64,000 nucleotides of DNA. Source: a virus. The stretch's first letter is position 1; each line of letters begins with the position of its first letter. The stretch lies in IMG/VR virus record IMGVR_UViG_3300037478_000520, positions 32,001 to 96,000 of that record. One strand, written 5' to 3'. This document shows positions 45,750 through 55,977 of the stretch, piece by piece. Under the pieces are notes generated by a model. It saw only the letters and a list, made by a program, of their open reading frames with translations. It ran no database searches and was not told the DNA's origin. The position numbers and the translations under genes are program-made.

Positions 45750-46308
45750 CTCTCACTATTCTCAATAGGACCCGTTTTATGTGTCCTAGCTGGGACCACT
45801 TTTCAATCAGAATCCCAGTTGTTTCAATTTTTGAAATGACTGAGCGAAATTACAACCCCCAACACAAACCAAAATGGGACCCCTTTTCCCACACACCCGA
45901 TGGGACCCCTTTTTTTTAATTCCACCCCATTCTCATTTTTGTGGTTGCCCACATGTAGGGCTTAGGGTCCCTTTTGCGTTTGGTGCGTGGGGGAGAGAGG
46001 GGGGTAGCGCGGGGCCCTGAACAGGGGCACCCGTCCTTATTTGGGGGAACCTTCTTTTTTGTTTTGGTGGGGGGTCAAGTCGCTCGAGGCACGTCGCTCG
46101 AGGCAACTGTCCTGTTTATCCGGATGGTTCCGGGTCCATCGCCCCGATGGCGCCTGCGATGCTCTGATCGTGGCGTGGCATCGATGTGCGTGGCTCTGCG
46201 CCCTGCGCTCCACTCACTCACTCTAGCATGCGCGGGCGCGGGCCGTGCTTCCTTATAGGACTGCCTTGAGTTCGACCATGGGTCCGCAGAAAAAATCACG
46301 CACGCGTC

Positions 46309-46368
46309 TTTTTTGTGCACCCAGCGCTTGACACCGTGGGCCGCAGCGCGCATAGTTCTTGTGCACCC
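46309..46368 (+). promoter_or_regulatory. Early sigma70 promoter P1 with two TTGTGCACCC boxes
   Basis: TTGACA 46328-46333, N17, CATAGT. Confidence 0.8.
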
Positions 46369-46402
46369 TGGAAGTGGGTGCGAGAAGGAAGGAAGGAAAC
46401 GG

Positions 46403-46738
46403 ATGGACGCAACTCCTACAAAACTCAAGAACGGCGCCTGGGGCGCCCGTGTGCAAGGACAGGTCGGCATCGGCGACTCGGTCAAGATCGTGACTAAGTC
46501 CGGCAAGTCCTGGACGGCCACTGTCGAAAAGGTCGTGTGGCAAGGCGACGGGGTCACGTTGTGCGCGACGTCTAGCGCCCCGCGGTCCAGCTCGCAAGCG
46601 CGGAACTACGACCCCGAGCGCTTCAACGGCTACGGCGCGCCACGAGGTGGCTACCGCAAGGCGTGCAAAACTGGCGGCAACTGCTCCAGCTTCGGTTCGG
46701 GTCGATCGTGCGGAGGTTACGACTGCGATGGATTCTAA
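46403..46738 (+). CDS. Hypothetical early protein with Cys-rich tail
   Basis: AAGGA SD; GAWGARV...V..GDSV.IVTKSGK.W. Confidence 0.75.
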   Translation: MDATPTKLKNGAWGARVQGQVGIGDSVKIVTKSGKSWTATVEKVVWQGDGVTLCATSSAPRSSSQARNYDPERFNGYGAPRGGYRKACKTGGNCSSFGSGRSCGGYDCDGF

Positions 46739-46800
46739 GAGGAAGACGATCGTAGTCGCTTGGACCGAACGAGCGCCGCGAGAAAAGCGCACGACCTTGA

Positions 46801-46857
46801 TTTTTTGTGCACCCAGCGCTTGACACAAGAGATGCCAGGCGCCATAGTTTCTTGTGT
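46801..46857 (+). promoter_or_regulatory. Early promoter P2
   Basis: TTTTTTGTGCACCC, TTGACA 46820-46825, N17, CATAGT. Confidence 0.8.
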
Positions 46858-46909
46858 GGCCAGGAAACGGCCACTAGACGGACGGAAGAAGGAAGGACGG
46901 ACTGACGGA

Positions 46910-48125
46910 ATGCGAAAACACCTGAACACAATTTGGCCGCGCGACGTCGCGGTAACCGCGGGTTGGCTGACGATCGCGACCGGGGGCTTTGCCTCGCTTG
47001 TGCTGCCGTTGCTGCAGCTGGGAGGTGCGCTGTGATCTACCGCGAGGACAACACGGAGGGGTACAGCGCTGCGGCGCTGGCTGAGCTGAACCGCCGCTGG
47101 GCCGAGCGCCACGCCGATCTCGACCCCGACGGCCAGGAGGGCAAGGTCGCTGCCGAGCTGCTACTCGCTGAGTTCGACGCCGAGATCGACCGCGGAGGTG
47201 CGCTGTGACCGACACCGAAAACCTGGATCTTTGCACGCACGTACAGTTCAGCCGGGGATCGCGGTCCTACCCTGGCACCGAAGCTGACTGGCAGGCGTAC
47301 CTGTCCCACGGGGGGAAGGGGACGCTGACGCGCTTACTGGCAGCTGAGCACGCGGGCGAGTGTCCAGCGTGTGCGAAGATCGCGGAGTCGGAAGGCGGTG
47401 CGCTGTGACGAGCTACACCGTACGCGGAGAGCGTGTCACACTCGACCGCGAAGGCGTCGCGCGGTCTCTAGCGCACGAATTGCGCGAGGTCGAACGGCTT
47501 AGCGCTGGTCGCTACAACCGCGACGAGCTTGCCGACACGCCAGCCGAACGCTGGGCTTATCTGCTGTGGTCGAGATCCGAGGTTGCGCGCTTCGCGGCGA
47601 TCCTACAGTGCATCGACGATAGCGTCGCACAGCTGCCCAAGACACTCTACCCCGGGGCTCCGCTGTGACGTTCTCGCACTTTTTCGGCGGCATGGCGATG
47701 TGCGGTGTTCACGTTGCGATCTACACGATCGAGGGGTCAAACGACGTCATCGCGCGTCTTGAGACGACCGGACGGAAGCCGATCGCTGCTCCACTGCGAC
47801 TAAGCCAGGAAGAGCTCAAGGCGATCCCTGGGAACAAGACGAAAAGCCTTGCGCATCTGATCAACGCCTGCAATCGGGGGTCGCTGTGATCGCGGACGCC
47901 ACCACGCCCGCCGATCACTCCGCGTTCGTGCGCGAGCTGACAGCGCTCTGCCGCGCGTACGGCGTAACACTCGACCTCCGGGCGGGCGATGGGTGCCCGC
48001 CCGAAGTCGCCTCCGCAGTCCGGGACGCGGATGTCGAAATTGTCCTCAGGCCGATCGACCCTAGCGACCTCGGAGAGTGGACCGAAACGAATTCAGGCGC
48101 GGTGTACTGGCCGATTCGCGAGTGA
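46910..48125 (+). other. Six translationally coupled small ORFs (46910-47035, 47032-47208, 47205-47408, 47405-47668, 47665-47889, 47886-48125)
   Basis: Each junction is a GG(A/C/G)G..CGCTGTGA stop/start overlap. Confidence 0.75.
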
Positions 48126-48207
48126 ATGGCTGGCGACGGGGCTTGGACTTCGGCCGAGCCCCAACGCGAGCGACTTTTTTCACTTCGAACAACAAGGGAA
48201 TACCGCC

Positions 48208-48735
48208 ATGACATCTTACACTGTAATCATAACGTGGGCGCTCGCCGCTAGCGCTGGGACCGGACAGACAACCGTCTGCTTTGAGGCCGCATCGCCCGAC
48301 CCTGCCAAGGCGGCCGTGGAAGCGTGGCGGACCCCCGTCACGCACAGCGGTTCCGCTGTAATCGAGTGGATGCCCGAAACCGCTGTAATCGCGTCCGTGC
48401 GGGCCGTGGCTGACGGGTGCGGCAAACATGCCCGCCCGTCCATCGCCAAGCCGCCCGAGGCGACAATCCTCGAGATTCCCGCTGCGACCTATCCCGCCAC
48501 CGTCCACTACCGCACGCCCGACGGATCGACGGCCCGATGCGACGCGACAATCCTGTGCTCCGGGCGGGGCGACCATTGCGAGGCCGTGATAGACCCTGGC
48601 GCCTGCACATCGCACTGGGGACTTGAGCAATGTCTCGCCAGCACCGTGGCCGTACCCGGCGACGATTCCGCCGATACCCTGGGGTGCGACCCGGGCGCCC
48701 GGCTGCTCGATATCGACTGGACGGACCCGCTGTAA
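48208..48735 (+). CDS. Hypothetical Cys-containing protein; carries the protospacer of array 2 spacer 1
   Basis: AAGGG SD; 48551-48587 matches spacer 24700-24736 at 36/37. Confidence 0.65.
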   Translation: MTSYTVIITWALAASAGTGQTTVCFEAASPDPAKAAVEAWRTPVTHSGSAVIEWMPETAVIASVRAVADGCGKHARPSIAKPPEATILEIPAATYPATVHYRTPDGSTARCDATILCSGRGDHCEAVIDPGACTSHWGLEQCLASTVAVPGDDSADTLGCDPGARLLDIDWTDPL

Positions 48736-48910
48736 CGTAAGCCCCTTACCGAGTGCAGTCCCGCGATCGTCGTCGAGCTGGTGTAGCGCCCGGGTGCTGC
48801 GTTCGCGCCGACCGGCGATTCGTGCCTAGCAAAAAAAAAGATCAAAAATCTAATCGGGGGCCACCTAGCCCCCGAATGCGGCCGCACCGGGATGCGCGCA
48901 CCCTGGTCGC

Positions 48911-49096
48911 ATGGACACACCCACCATCCCCGCTGGTCAGCTACGACGTCTCGCCGTCGACGCTGATGCCGATCCCCGGTCGGTGCGGGCCGTCCTGCGC
49001 GGTCGACGACTGCGCGGCATGGTCGACGACCGAATCCGCCGCACGCTGATTGCGCACGGCATCACGCCCCTACCGTATCGGGTGGAGGCCGAATGA
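48911..49096 (+). CDS. Small HTH-like protein
   Basis: LRRLAVDADADPRSVRAVLRG....G....RIRR.L. Confidence 0.6.
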   Translation: MDTPTIPAGQLRRLAVDADADPRSVRAVLRGRRLRGMVDDRIRRTLIAHGITPLPYRVEAE

Positions 49097-50407
49097 CACG
49101 CCTGATCGCCTTGGGGCTGATCACCACCGGCTTACCGGCGCGCCGACCGTAAACCTCTCGGCCCGCCTTGAGGTGCGCTTGGACCGCCGCCGATGCGGCC
49201 TTCCTAGCGCGGCGCATCACAGCCTCCCCCTTGGTCTCGGAAATCTTGCCACGCATTGTCCATTCCACTCGCCATTTCCATCCACCGTGGAAACGTACCG
49301 CGAATCCCTCTGCGATCCCTAGGCGATCTTCCGACACCCTGTAGTCTTCGGTTGTCCCACCCCTCTGGGCGCATTTCCCCTGCCCCGACAGATGGTGAGT
49401 CCTCAGGCTACGAGGCTCAGCAGTCTTGTGGAGGCCGAGGCGGCTCCCACCCCCCTTCCCCATCCCCTTATTACCAGTCTAAACCGCCATCCACCTTACC
49501 GAGCCAATCGCCGCCCCGCATTCCAAGTTACCGTGTGATAACGTGGTGTTGGCTGAGTCTGCAGCGGTTGTTTTGCTGTAATCGCCGCTAGGTATTGGAG
49601 TGGGTTGGTGAGGTTGTTGTGTGGTGTGACGCTGGCTGTATCGCGGGGTGTTTGGCGGCTTCGGTATGGCTGTGGACTGCTCGGTAATTGGTGGACTACC
49701 AGCTGGTATTGGGAGTGTTTTTGTTCTGTTTTGACTCATTCCGGCACGTGCTGACGGATCATTCAGCCAAGACAGATACTGTCTTAAATTGCTTCGGTAT
49801 ACAGCCTTGTTTCCGGGCCTTTCACCGTGTAACAACGTCGCAAATAAGTAATCGCTAGAAATACATTGTGGGCTTGAGTTGTACAGTGGGGAAGTGAGGG
49901 GTTCGCTTGGTGTTTGAACTCGGGAAGTGTGTTCGAGGTGTCCGAGTTGATTGCTGCGGGCGGCTCGCCCAAGCACCAAGCTACCTCTCGCGACCCTCTC
50001 GACCCGCTGGCGGAGCCCCCTGTCGGCGCGCCGTCTCGCGATTCTCCCCGGGCGTGACCGCTTCCCAAATCGGGCTGTAATTTGCGATCCACGCACGGCC
50101 TAGCGCGACCTGCGCAAGCGTCGCGATCCGAACCCGGCCGTTGTGGTGCCAACGCATGTGCGCCTTGCGCCACAGCTCCCCGTCTGGAGCTACGCGGGCG
50201 GCAACGTCCCGACACCATTCCAGCTCGATCCACCGGCTGACTATCAGCGCTACCCGCTCCCCCTGTCGGCCCCTGCAACACGCCGCCCACGTCAGGGCCG
50301 CTAGGTAGCTCTGCCGGCGATCATCCAACTTAGGCGCGCGCACGGGCTAATCCTAGCGGATTTCTCGAACACTTTCACTGGGCGCAAAAAAAGTCCATGG
50401 CTGTCTA

Positions 50408-50467
50408 TTTTTGTGCGCACAAAAGCTTGACTCGCTAGGGACTTGAGCTTAGGTTTCTTGTGCGCCC
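50408..50467 (+). promoter_or_regulatory. Early promoter P3
   Basis: TTTTTGTGCGCAC, TTGACT 50427-50432, N17, TAGGTT, TTGTGCGCCC. Confidence 0.75.
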
Positions 50468-50502
50468 GGGAAATAGGGCGCTCAAAAGGAGCTTGAGACA
50501 CC

Positions 50503-50802
50503 ATGGCAGACCACGTCAGCATCGCTAGGACCGGCAAAGGCCGCACGCTTCGGGGTTGGGAGGATTCGGAGCTCAGCTTCGATGCCTACTTCCAGCCAGG
50601 GGACAGGGTCGATGAAAAAACCTTCTACTACTTTCTAGAAATTCTACCCCCGCGATCCATGCGAGCGGGCGGCTTCCAGGTAGGCGAGCCCACCGACCAC
50701 CGGGGCCCGAACGGGAGTGCTCGATACAGCACCTTTGTGTGCTGCGGGGACTACTACTACGCGGGCGATCATCCCGCCCACACAACCATCACAATCGCCT
50801 AG
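50503..50802 (+). CDS. DUF1419-like protein
   Basis: VDEKTFYYFLEILPP....GGFQVGEP. Confidence 0.65.
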   Translation: MADHVSIARTGKGRTLRGWEDSELSFDAYFQPGDRVDEKTFYYFLEILPPRSMRAGGFQVGEPTDHRGPNGSARYSTFVCCGDYYYAGDHPAHTTITIA

Positions 50803-50832
50803 CCACCTGCAACCAAAACCGGAACGAACACC

Positions 50833-51705
50833 ATGAACACGAACACCATGAACGCCTGCCAACGATGCAACGCCGAATCCAAAACCGATGTGTGCGGGCG
50901 ATGCGCCGCCTACGTGAGCCAGATCGAGGCCAAGCGCGACCGATACGAGGAACGCGCCGAAAAGGCATCGGACGAGTCCGAATCCCGCATGAACGCGTTC
51001 TCACGCGTCACCGGGAACATCCCACTAGGACAGCCGATCCTAATCGGCCACCACAGCGAAAAGCGCCATCGGAAGGATATCGAACGCGCAAAAAACAACC
51101 TCAAAAAGAGCATGGAAGCGGCCGACAAGGCCAAGCACTACGCCAGCAAGGCCGAATCCTACGGTACGCACGGCATCGCTAGTGACGACCCGGCTGCTGT
51201 CGCTCAGCTGAAGCAAAAGATAGCCGGGCTGGAGTCCAGTCGGGACGAAATGAAGCGCATCAATGCGATTTTCCGCAAGGGCGGATGGGATGCAGTGAGC
51301 GCAGAAATTGGACCGGAGCAATTTCGAAAACTCATCAGCCGAGTCCAATACCAAACCGAACAGCGCCCATTCCCTTCCTACGCGCTAGCCAACCTCGGTT
51401 CGGAGATCCGGCGCGTAAAGCAGCGGATCGCGGAGTTGGAGATCAAGGAAGCCTCGCGCCCCGTAGATCCAAATGATTCGGAGGAAACGATCATGGACGC
51501 CCCCGGCAAGTTCGTTGCGGCGGTTCACCACGACCTTGACCGCGTTGCCTTCGACTTCCCTGGGAAGCCCGCGGAAGCCGTTCGCACTGTCCTCAAGTCC
51601 GCCGGATTCCGCTGGGCGCCATCGCTCGGCATGTGGACTCGCAAGGACACTCCGAACGCGCGCGCAGCAACCCGCCGAATCGCCGAGCAAATCGCAGCAC
51701 TCTAA
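50833..51705 (+). CDS. DUF3560-domain protein
   Basis: IPLGQPILIGHHSEKRHR, IASDDP.A..QL, F.SY.L.NL.SEIRR, FPGKP...VR..LK..GFRWAPS. Confidence 0.9.
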   Translation: MNTNTMNACQRCNAESKTDVCGRCAAYVSQIEAKRDRYEERAEKASDESESRMNAFSRVTGNIPLGQPILIGHHSEKRHRKDIERAKNNLKKSMEAADKAKHYASKAESYGTHGIASDDPAAVAQLKQKIAGLESSRDEMKRINAIFRKGGWDAVSAEIGPEQFRKLISRVQYQTEQRPFPSYALANLGSEIRRVKQRIAELEIKEASRPVDPNDSEETIMDAPGKFVAAVHHDLDRVAFDFPGKPAEAVRTVLKSAGFRWAPSLGMWTRKDTPNARAATRRIAEQIAAL

Positions 51706-51735
51706 CCGCCCCGAAAGACACCGGAGAACCTATCC

Positions 51736-52980
51736 ATGCGCACCACCTACATAATCCCCTCAGAACGCGTGCCCGCCTTTGAAAAGCGGATCGGACAGCT
51801 CCGCCGCAAAGCGTCCAAGCTCGGGTGCCCCGAAATCACTTGCGAGCGCTTAGGCGATTATTGGACCCGCTATGTCCTGGAGCACGGACTATGCCAGATC
51901 CACACCTATGTCGCGTTTGAATGCGGCACCGAAGCGCCGTCTTTCGACGGCTGGACCCTAGCCGCGAAGATCGAAAACGGGGCTTGGCTTGGCGATGCGG
52001 ACGGCGCGATCGTCAAGCGAGTACCCGGCTCACCGGAACTCCCCGAAGCCTTCCGCGACCACAGTGCGATCGATCCGCAGCACTGTGATCACTGTGCTGC
52101 ATCCCGCCGGCGCAAAGACACATTCGTTGTCCGGCACGATACCGGCGCGTGCAAGCAGGTTGGACGCCAGTGCATCCGAGATTTCCTTGGGCACGACTCA
52201 CCGGAGAAAATCGCAAGCCGGTATGACTTTTCCTTGGAGCTGCACGGTGAATTGTCCGAGTTTTGCAGCGGCGGGCAAGCCATCGAGCTTGCCGATTACG
52301 CGGAATTCCTCGCCTACGTGTTCAAGTGCATCCGAATGGGCGGGTTCACCTCCGCCAGTACCGCCAAGCGCCGAAGCGAAACCGCTGCGACCGGATGCGA
52401 GGTCTTATCGACAGCCGATGAAGCCGCTAGCGCTATGCGCGCCCGCCCTCAATCACGCGGGTACTGGACCCCAGAGACAAAGGACTTCAAAGACGCACTA
52501 GCCGCCCTGGAATGGGCGCCAGCGTTGACCGAGCAGTCCAGCGACTTCGCGCAAAACATGCGCGCCGCGCTTGCCGGTGCTGGCGTCTCCATCCGGACGC
52601 AAGGCACCGTCGCCTACCTCGCGGAAGCCTACCGCAACCGTAACGGTCGCCCCGACCGTGCCGGCAAGGCCCCTAGCGCGCACGTAGGCGCCGTCAAATC
52701 GCGCGTTGAGCTCACCCTCACCCTGGACCACGAGACAGGCTGGGATGGCACCTACGGCTGGACCCGCCTCTACAAATTCAGCGATGTCGCCGGCAACGTG
52801 ATCACCTGGAAAACCGGCAGCAAGTTTCGCGACGAATCCGGGGAGGCCATCGAAGTGGGCGACACCCTTGACGTCAAGGCGACAATCAAGGCCCACAGCA
52901 ACTACCAGGGGACGGCCCAAACCGCCATTACTCGAGTCACGGCGACCTGCAGCGCGCGCAAGCCCGCGCGATGCGCTTGA
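51736..52980 (+). CDS. Conserved phage protein with Zn-ribbon and C-terminal OB-fold
   Basis: CDHC...RRRKDTFVV, QVGRQC.RDFLG, YG.T.LYKF.D..GN...WK, KATIKAH..YQG..QT.ITRV. Confidence 0.85.
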   Translation: MRTTYIIPSERVPAFEKRIGQLRRKASKLGCPEITCERLGDYWTRYVLEHGLCQIHTYVAFECGTEAPSFDGWTLAAKIENGAWLGDADGAIVKRVPGSPELPEAFRDHSAIDPQHCDHCAASRRRKDTFVVRHDTGACKQVGRQCIRDFLGHDSPEKIASRYDFSLELHGELSEFCSGGQAIELADYAEFLAYVFKCIRMGGFTSASTAKRRSETAATGCEVLSTADEAASAMRARPQSRGYWTPETKDFKDALAALEWAPALTEQSSDFAQNMRAALAGAGVSIRTQGTVAYLAEAYRNRNGRPDRAGKAPSAHVGAVKSRVELTLTLDHETGWDGTYGWTRLYKFSDVAGNVITWKTGSKFRDESGEAIEVGDTLDVKATIKAHSNYQGTAQTAITRVTATCSARKPARCA

Positions 52981-53093
52981 TCACGCCACGGGACTTCCCA
53001 AGAAAAAACGCGCGGGCGTTCGTTTTATGGTTGCACAACAACCCGAATCGTGAGATCTATTGTGCATCCAACAACTGACACGGGAGATTCCAA

Positions 53094-53300
53094 ATGACCA
53101 GCTACCTGAACTTTCTCGAAGCGACCAAGCACCCACGCGGAACCCGCTATGCTGTCCACCTTAGCCCTTCAGCAAGCAACCCAAACGGCGTGCTCTTAGC
53201 CAATGGCCTGACGCGATCTGAAATGCTGAGGTTTGCGCGGAACATGCAACCGGACTTCCGGGTGTTCGCCCACACCCCGGATGCCCTGATCGCGCTGTAA
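53094..53300 (+). CDS. Hypothetical protein
   Basis: GGAG SD. Confidence 0.6.
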   Translation: MTSYLNFLEATKHPRGTRYAVHLSPSASNPNGVLLANGLTRSEMLRFARNMQPDFRVFAHTPDALIAL

Positions 53301-53342
53301 GCACCCCCCGCCACCTCACCCCAACCTCCGGAAGCCAAGCCC

Positions 53343-54038
53343 ATGACCCCCAATACCCTAAAGAAGCAGCGCGCCATGATCCGCAGCCTGTGCGCGGCGT
53401 TCGGTCGCGCGCACGCCGACCAAGCGAAAGCCACCAAGGCGTACACGCGGGCATCACGCCATGTGTCCGTGGACACCCGCGACGCGGGGGAACGCCTTCG
53501 CGACGCTCAACTCGCACTAGAAATCGCCGCGGAAAGGTTCGTCACTTACGTCATGCAACACGATCACGCGTTCGCGGACATCTGCGACCGTCCACACGCA
53601 ACGGTCGTTCAAGCGATCGACGCTGGAATCAAGAAGTCCGGCGGGGATATGATCCAGTTCGCGCGCATGACACGCGCAACGCTGCGAAACATCGCCACGC
53701 GGGCCCTGGAATCAACCCGCAAATCCGCCTTGGCTAAGTGTGATGGCCTTGCGTGGGACGGGACTGTCGCAAGCCTTGCCCAATGCCTTGTGAGCGCCTG
53801 CAAGGGCCGCGCGGATTACCTGGACGTACGCGGGCAAGGGATCGACGCACGCAAGGCGCTGGAAGTCGCCAGGGCGCTCCCCGCAGATGCGACCGTGTCA
53901 CTCACCGGTGGGCACTTGATCTTTCGCTACCGCGACGGACGCGGGCAAATCAGCCTGTGCACCACTTCCGAGTCCCACAGAGCCGAAGGAACGATCACCG
54001 TCCCGGTTGTGCACGCCACCGCTCGAGCCGCAGCTTAA
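53343..54038 (+). CDS. Hypothetical protein
   Basis: 231-aa ORF. Confidence 0.7.
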   Translation: MTPNTLKKQRAMIRSLCAAFGRAHADQAKATKAYTRASRHVSVDTRDAGERLRDAQLALEIAAERFVTYVMQHDHAFADICDRPHATVVQAIDAGIKKSGGDMIQFARMTRATLRNIATRALESTRKSALAKCDGLAWDGTVASLAQCLVSACKGRADYLDVRGQGIDARKALEVARALPADATVSLTGGHLIFRYRDGRGQISLCTTSESHRAEGTITVPVVHATARAAA

Positions 54039-54288
54039 AGCCGCTAGGGCTCAAGCCCGCTGTAACCGAACTGAAAGGGAAATCACATGACCGAACACAC
54101 GAAGTACCCCGAAGCGACCGACAACGGCAACGACGATCCAATTGGGCGATGGTACGCCCGGCGGCAGCGCGAAAAACACGAGGCATTCGACCGCTGGCAA
54201 GCGGCCAAGAGTTCCGGTGCCTAACCGCACTCATGGCGTTTTGGCACGAGTGCTTGTCGCCCCAAGAATAAATCTCGCACGGATTGCA

Positions 54289-54349
54289 TTTTTGTGCGCA
54301 CGAATCATTGACACGGGGCACCGCTAGCTCCACAGTTCTTTGTGCACCC
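54289..54349 (+). promoter_or_regulatory. Early promoter P4
   Basis: TTTTTGTGCGCAC, TTGACA 54308-54313, N17, CACAGT, TTGTGCACCC. Confidence 0.75.
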
Positions 54350-54393
54350 ATCAACCGTCCCGCTAACGCAGCGGGACCCTCGGAAGGAAAACC

Positions 54394-54663
54394 ATGGCAA
54401 AAAAACACCCTGTGAGCACGCACGAGCAATTTGGCGCCGACCGTTGGCTCGGCACGGCCGACGACTGCGATGCAGTGCGATACCTCGCTCGGAATCTACC
54501 GATTGAAGATACCCACATCGAGGACCCCGAGTTTGCGCGTGGTGTAATCTGTAGTGAGTCGGGCGTCGGCGAGTGGGACCCTGAAGCAGCGGACATCTTC
54601 GAGGCCGAGCTACTCGCGCGCCTGCAGAGGATGGCATCAGCCGCGGAAGAAGGTGCGCTGTGA
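54394..54663 (+). CDS. Hypothetical protein
   Basis: AAGGA SD; ends EGAL with the junction motif. Confidence 0.7.
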   Translation: MAKKHPVSTHEQFGADRWLGTADDCDAVRYLARNLPIEDTHIEDPEFARGVICSESGVGEWDPEAADIFEAELLARLQRMASAAEEGAL

Positions 54664-55349
54664 GCGCGCGGTGCGACCAGTGGGACGTCGACACGGTGCC
54701 CGCGCGCCGCTGCAACCAGTCGGGGGTCAACGTCCGGCTACCATGCCCGGTCGGGCGCCCGGACGCCACTGCGTGCTACTGCGACGACCACGGGGGCGAA
54801 ATCCGCGCCCGTCGCGAGGCCGAACGGGATTGGAATTATCTGGCGCCGGAATCCGTTGGTGACGCGGGCGCGGTCCATGCCGCGGGATGCGCGCAACTGA
54901 CCACGATCAACGCCTACCTGGTGATCCGTCAGACTCCGCCGCCGCAAGGCTCGGTTTGGCTCGCGTGGCTGGGCCTCGGATCGCTGCTTACGCCCGTTGG
55001 CCGGCCCGGCGCCGTCCCTAGCCGACGTGCGGGGCAAAAGCACCGGCGCGCTCACAGTCCGGGCGTCGCTCACGTGACCGGCGTCCGGAGCTTTGATTCA
55101 CGAGCCGAAGCCGTATTGGCTGGCATCGGCGCTTGGGCCGAACGCTTGAACGCTGACGTCGCAACCATTCGACGCGCGCGCGGAGGAACCCTCGCATGGG
55201 GCGTGCCGGTCGAGCCGCTGCTCTCACCGATCATGGTAGAGGTGGCACCCGACCAAAACGCGTGGGATGTGGCGATCCAACAGCCTCGTGTCGCTGGGGT
55301 TGGGCTGGGGCGGATCACGGGCCTTCGCGCGAGTGGAGAAGCGTTGTAA
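54660..55349 (+). CDS. Hypothetical protein
   Basis: Coupled by GTGA; Cys-rich N-terminus. Confidence 0.65.
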   Translation: MSARCDQWDVDTVPARRCNQSGVNVRLPCPVGRPDATACYCDDHGGEIRARREAERDWNYLAPESVGDAGAVHAAGCAQLTTINAYLVIRQTPPPQGSVWLAWLGLGSLLTPVGRPGAVPSRRAGQKHRRAHSPGVAHVTGVRSFDSRAEAVLAGIGAWAERLNADVATIRRARGGTLAWGVPVEPLLSPIMVEVAPDQNAWDVAIQQPRVAGVGLGRITGLRASGEAL

Positions 55350-55440
55350 GGAGTCGAAAACTGGTGAAATTCAGTTTTGCCCGAGGCACGCCTGTTTTTC
55401 CCACGGCTCATCCGGCTGTGTCAGCGCGAAAGGCAACACC

Positions 55441-55635
55441 ATGATCCGCACCCTCCTACTCACTCTCGCCACGGTCGCCGCCCTGGCTGCCCTTCACGGC
55501 GCGCCCGAGCCCGCGTGCGCCAAGGGTCGTTGCACCCGCATGAAGCCATGGTGCCCGCCGTTCCGCGAGCCCTTGTGCATCTGCACTGACCCCGTTAGAC
55601 CAAGCTCCTGCAGTTGGGAATGCGTGGCACTATGA
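55441..55635 (+). CDS. Secreted cysteine-rich peptide
   Basis: Signal peptide MIRTLLLTLATVAALAA; 7 Cys in 40 aa. Confidence 0.65.
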   Translation: MIRTLLLTLATVAALAALHGAPEPACAKGRCTRMKPWCPPFREPLCICTDPVRPSSCSWECVAL

Positions 55636-55853
55636 CGACGAATATGGACACCGGCATGATAACAACGACTCGAAAAAAAGGGCGCCCGAAAGAGCCCTAC
55701 CCCGCCGACAAGCGAATCCATGTCCGGTGTCAGACCGCGCAGCTCGCGGAGATCCACCGCCGAGCGTCCGACGCTGGTATGACATTCTCTGAATACGTGC
55801 TGGCGTGCTGCCTTGCCGGCTGGGATCCAGAGCGCAGCGCTAGCGATGCGTGA
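55632..55853 (+). CDS. Ribbon-helix-helix DNA-binding protein
   Basis: KKGRPK, RIHVRC......IHRRA.DAGMTFSEYV. Confidence 0.8.
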   Translation: MTTNMDTGMITTTRKKGRPKEPYPADKRIHVRCQTAQLAEIHRRASDAGMTFSEYVLACCLAGWDPERSASDA

Positions 55854-55880
55854 TTCAGAAAAAAAATCACGCGGACCGCA

Positions 55881-55930
55881 TTTTTTGTGCACCCGAGCAG
55901 TTGACAGAGCGGACGGCGTGATCTAGTTTC
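55881..55930 (+). promoter_or_regulatory. Early promoter P5
   Basis: TTTTTTGTGCACCC, TTGACA 55901-55906, N17, TAGTTT. Confidence 0.8.
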
Positions 55931-55977
55931 TCGGAGTGAGGGACGGACCCTTAACCCGGACGGACCGGGGCGAAAGA

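Noticed and set aside
49093-50343. Overlapping ORFs on both strands
   Set aside because: Low-complexity, compositionally skewed sequence with no recognisable motif; I cannot choose a frame.
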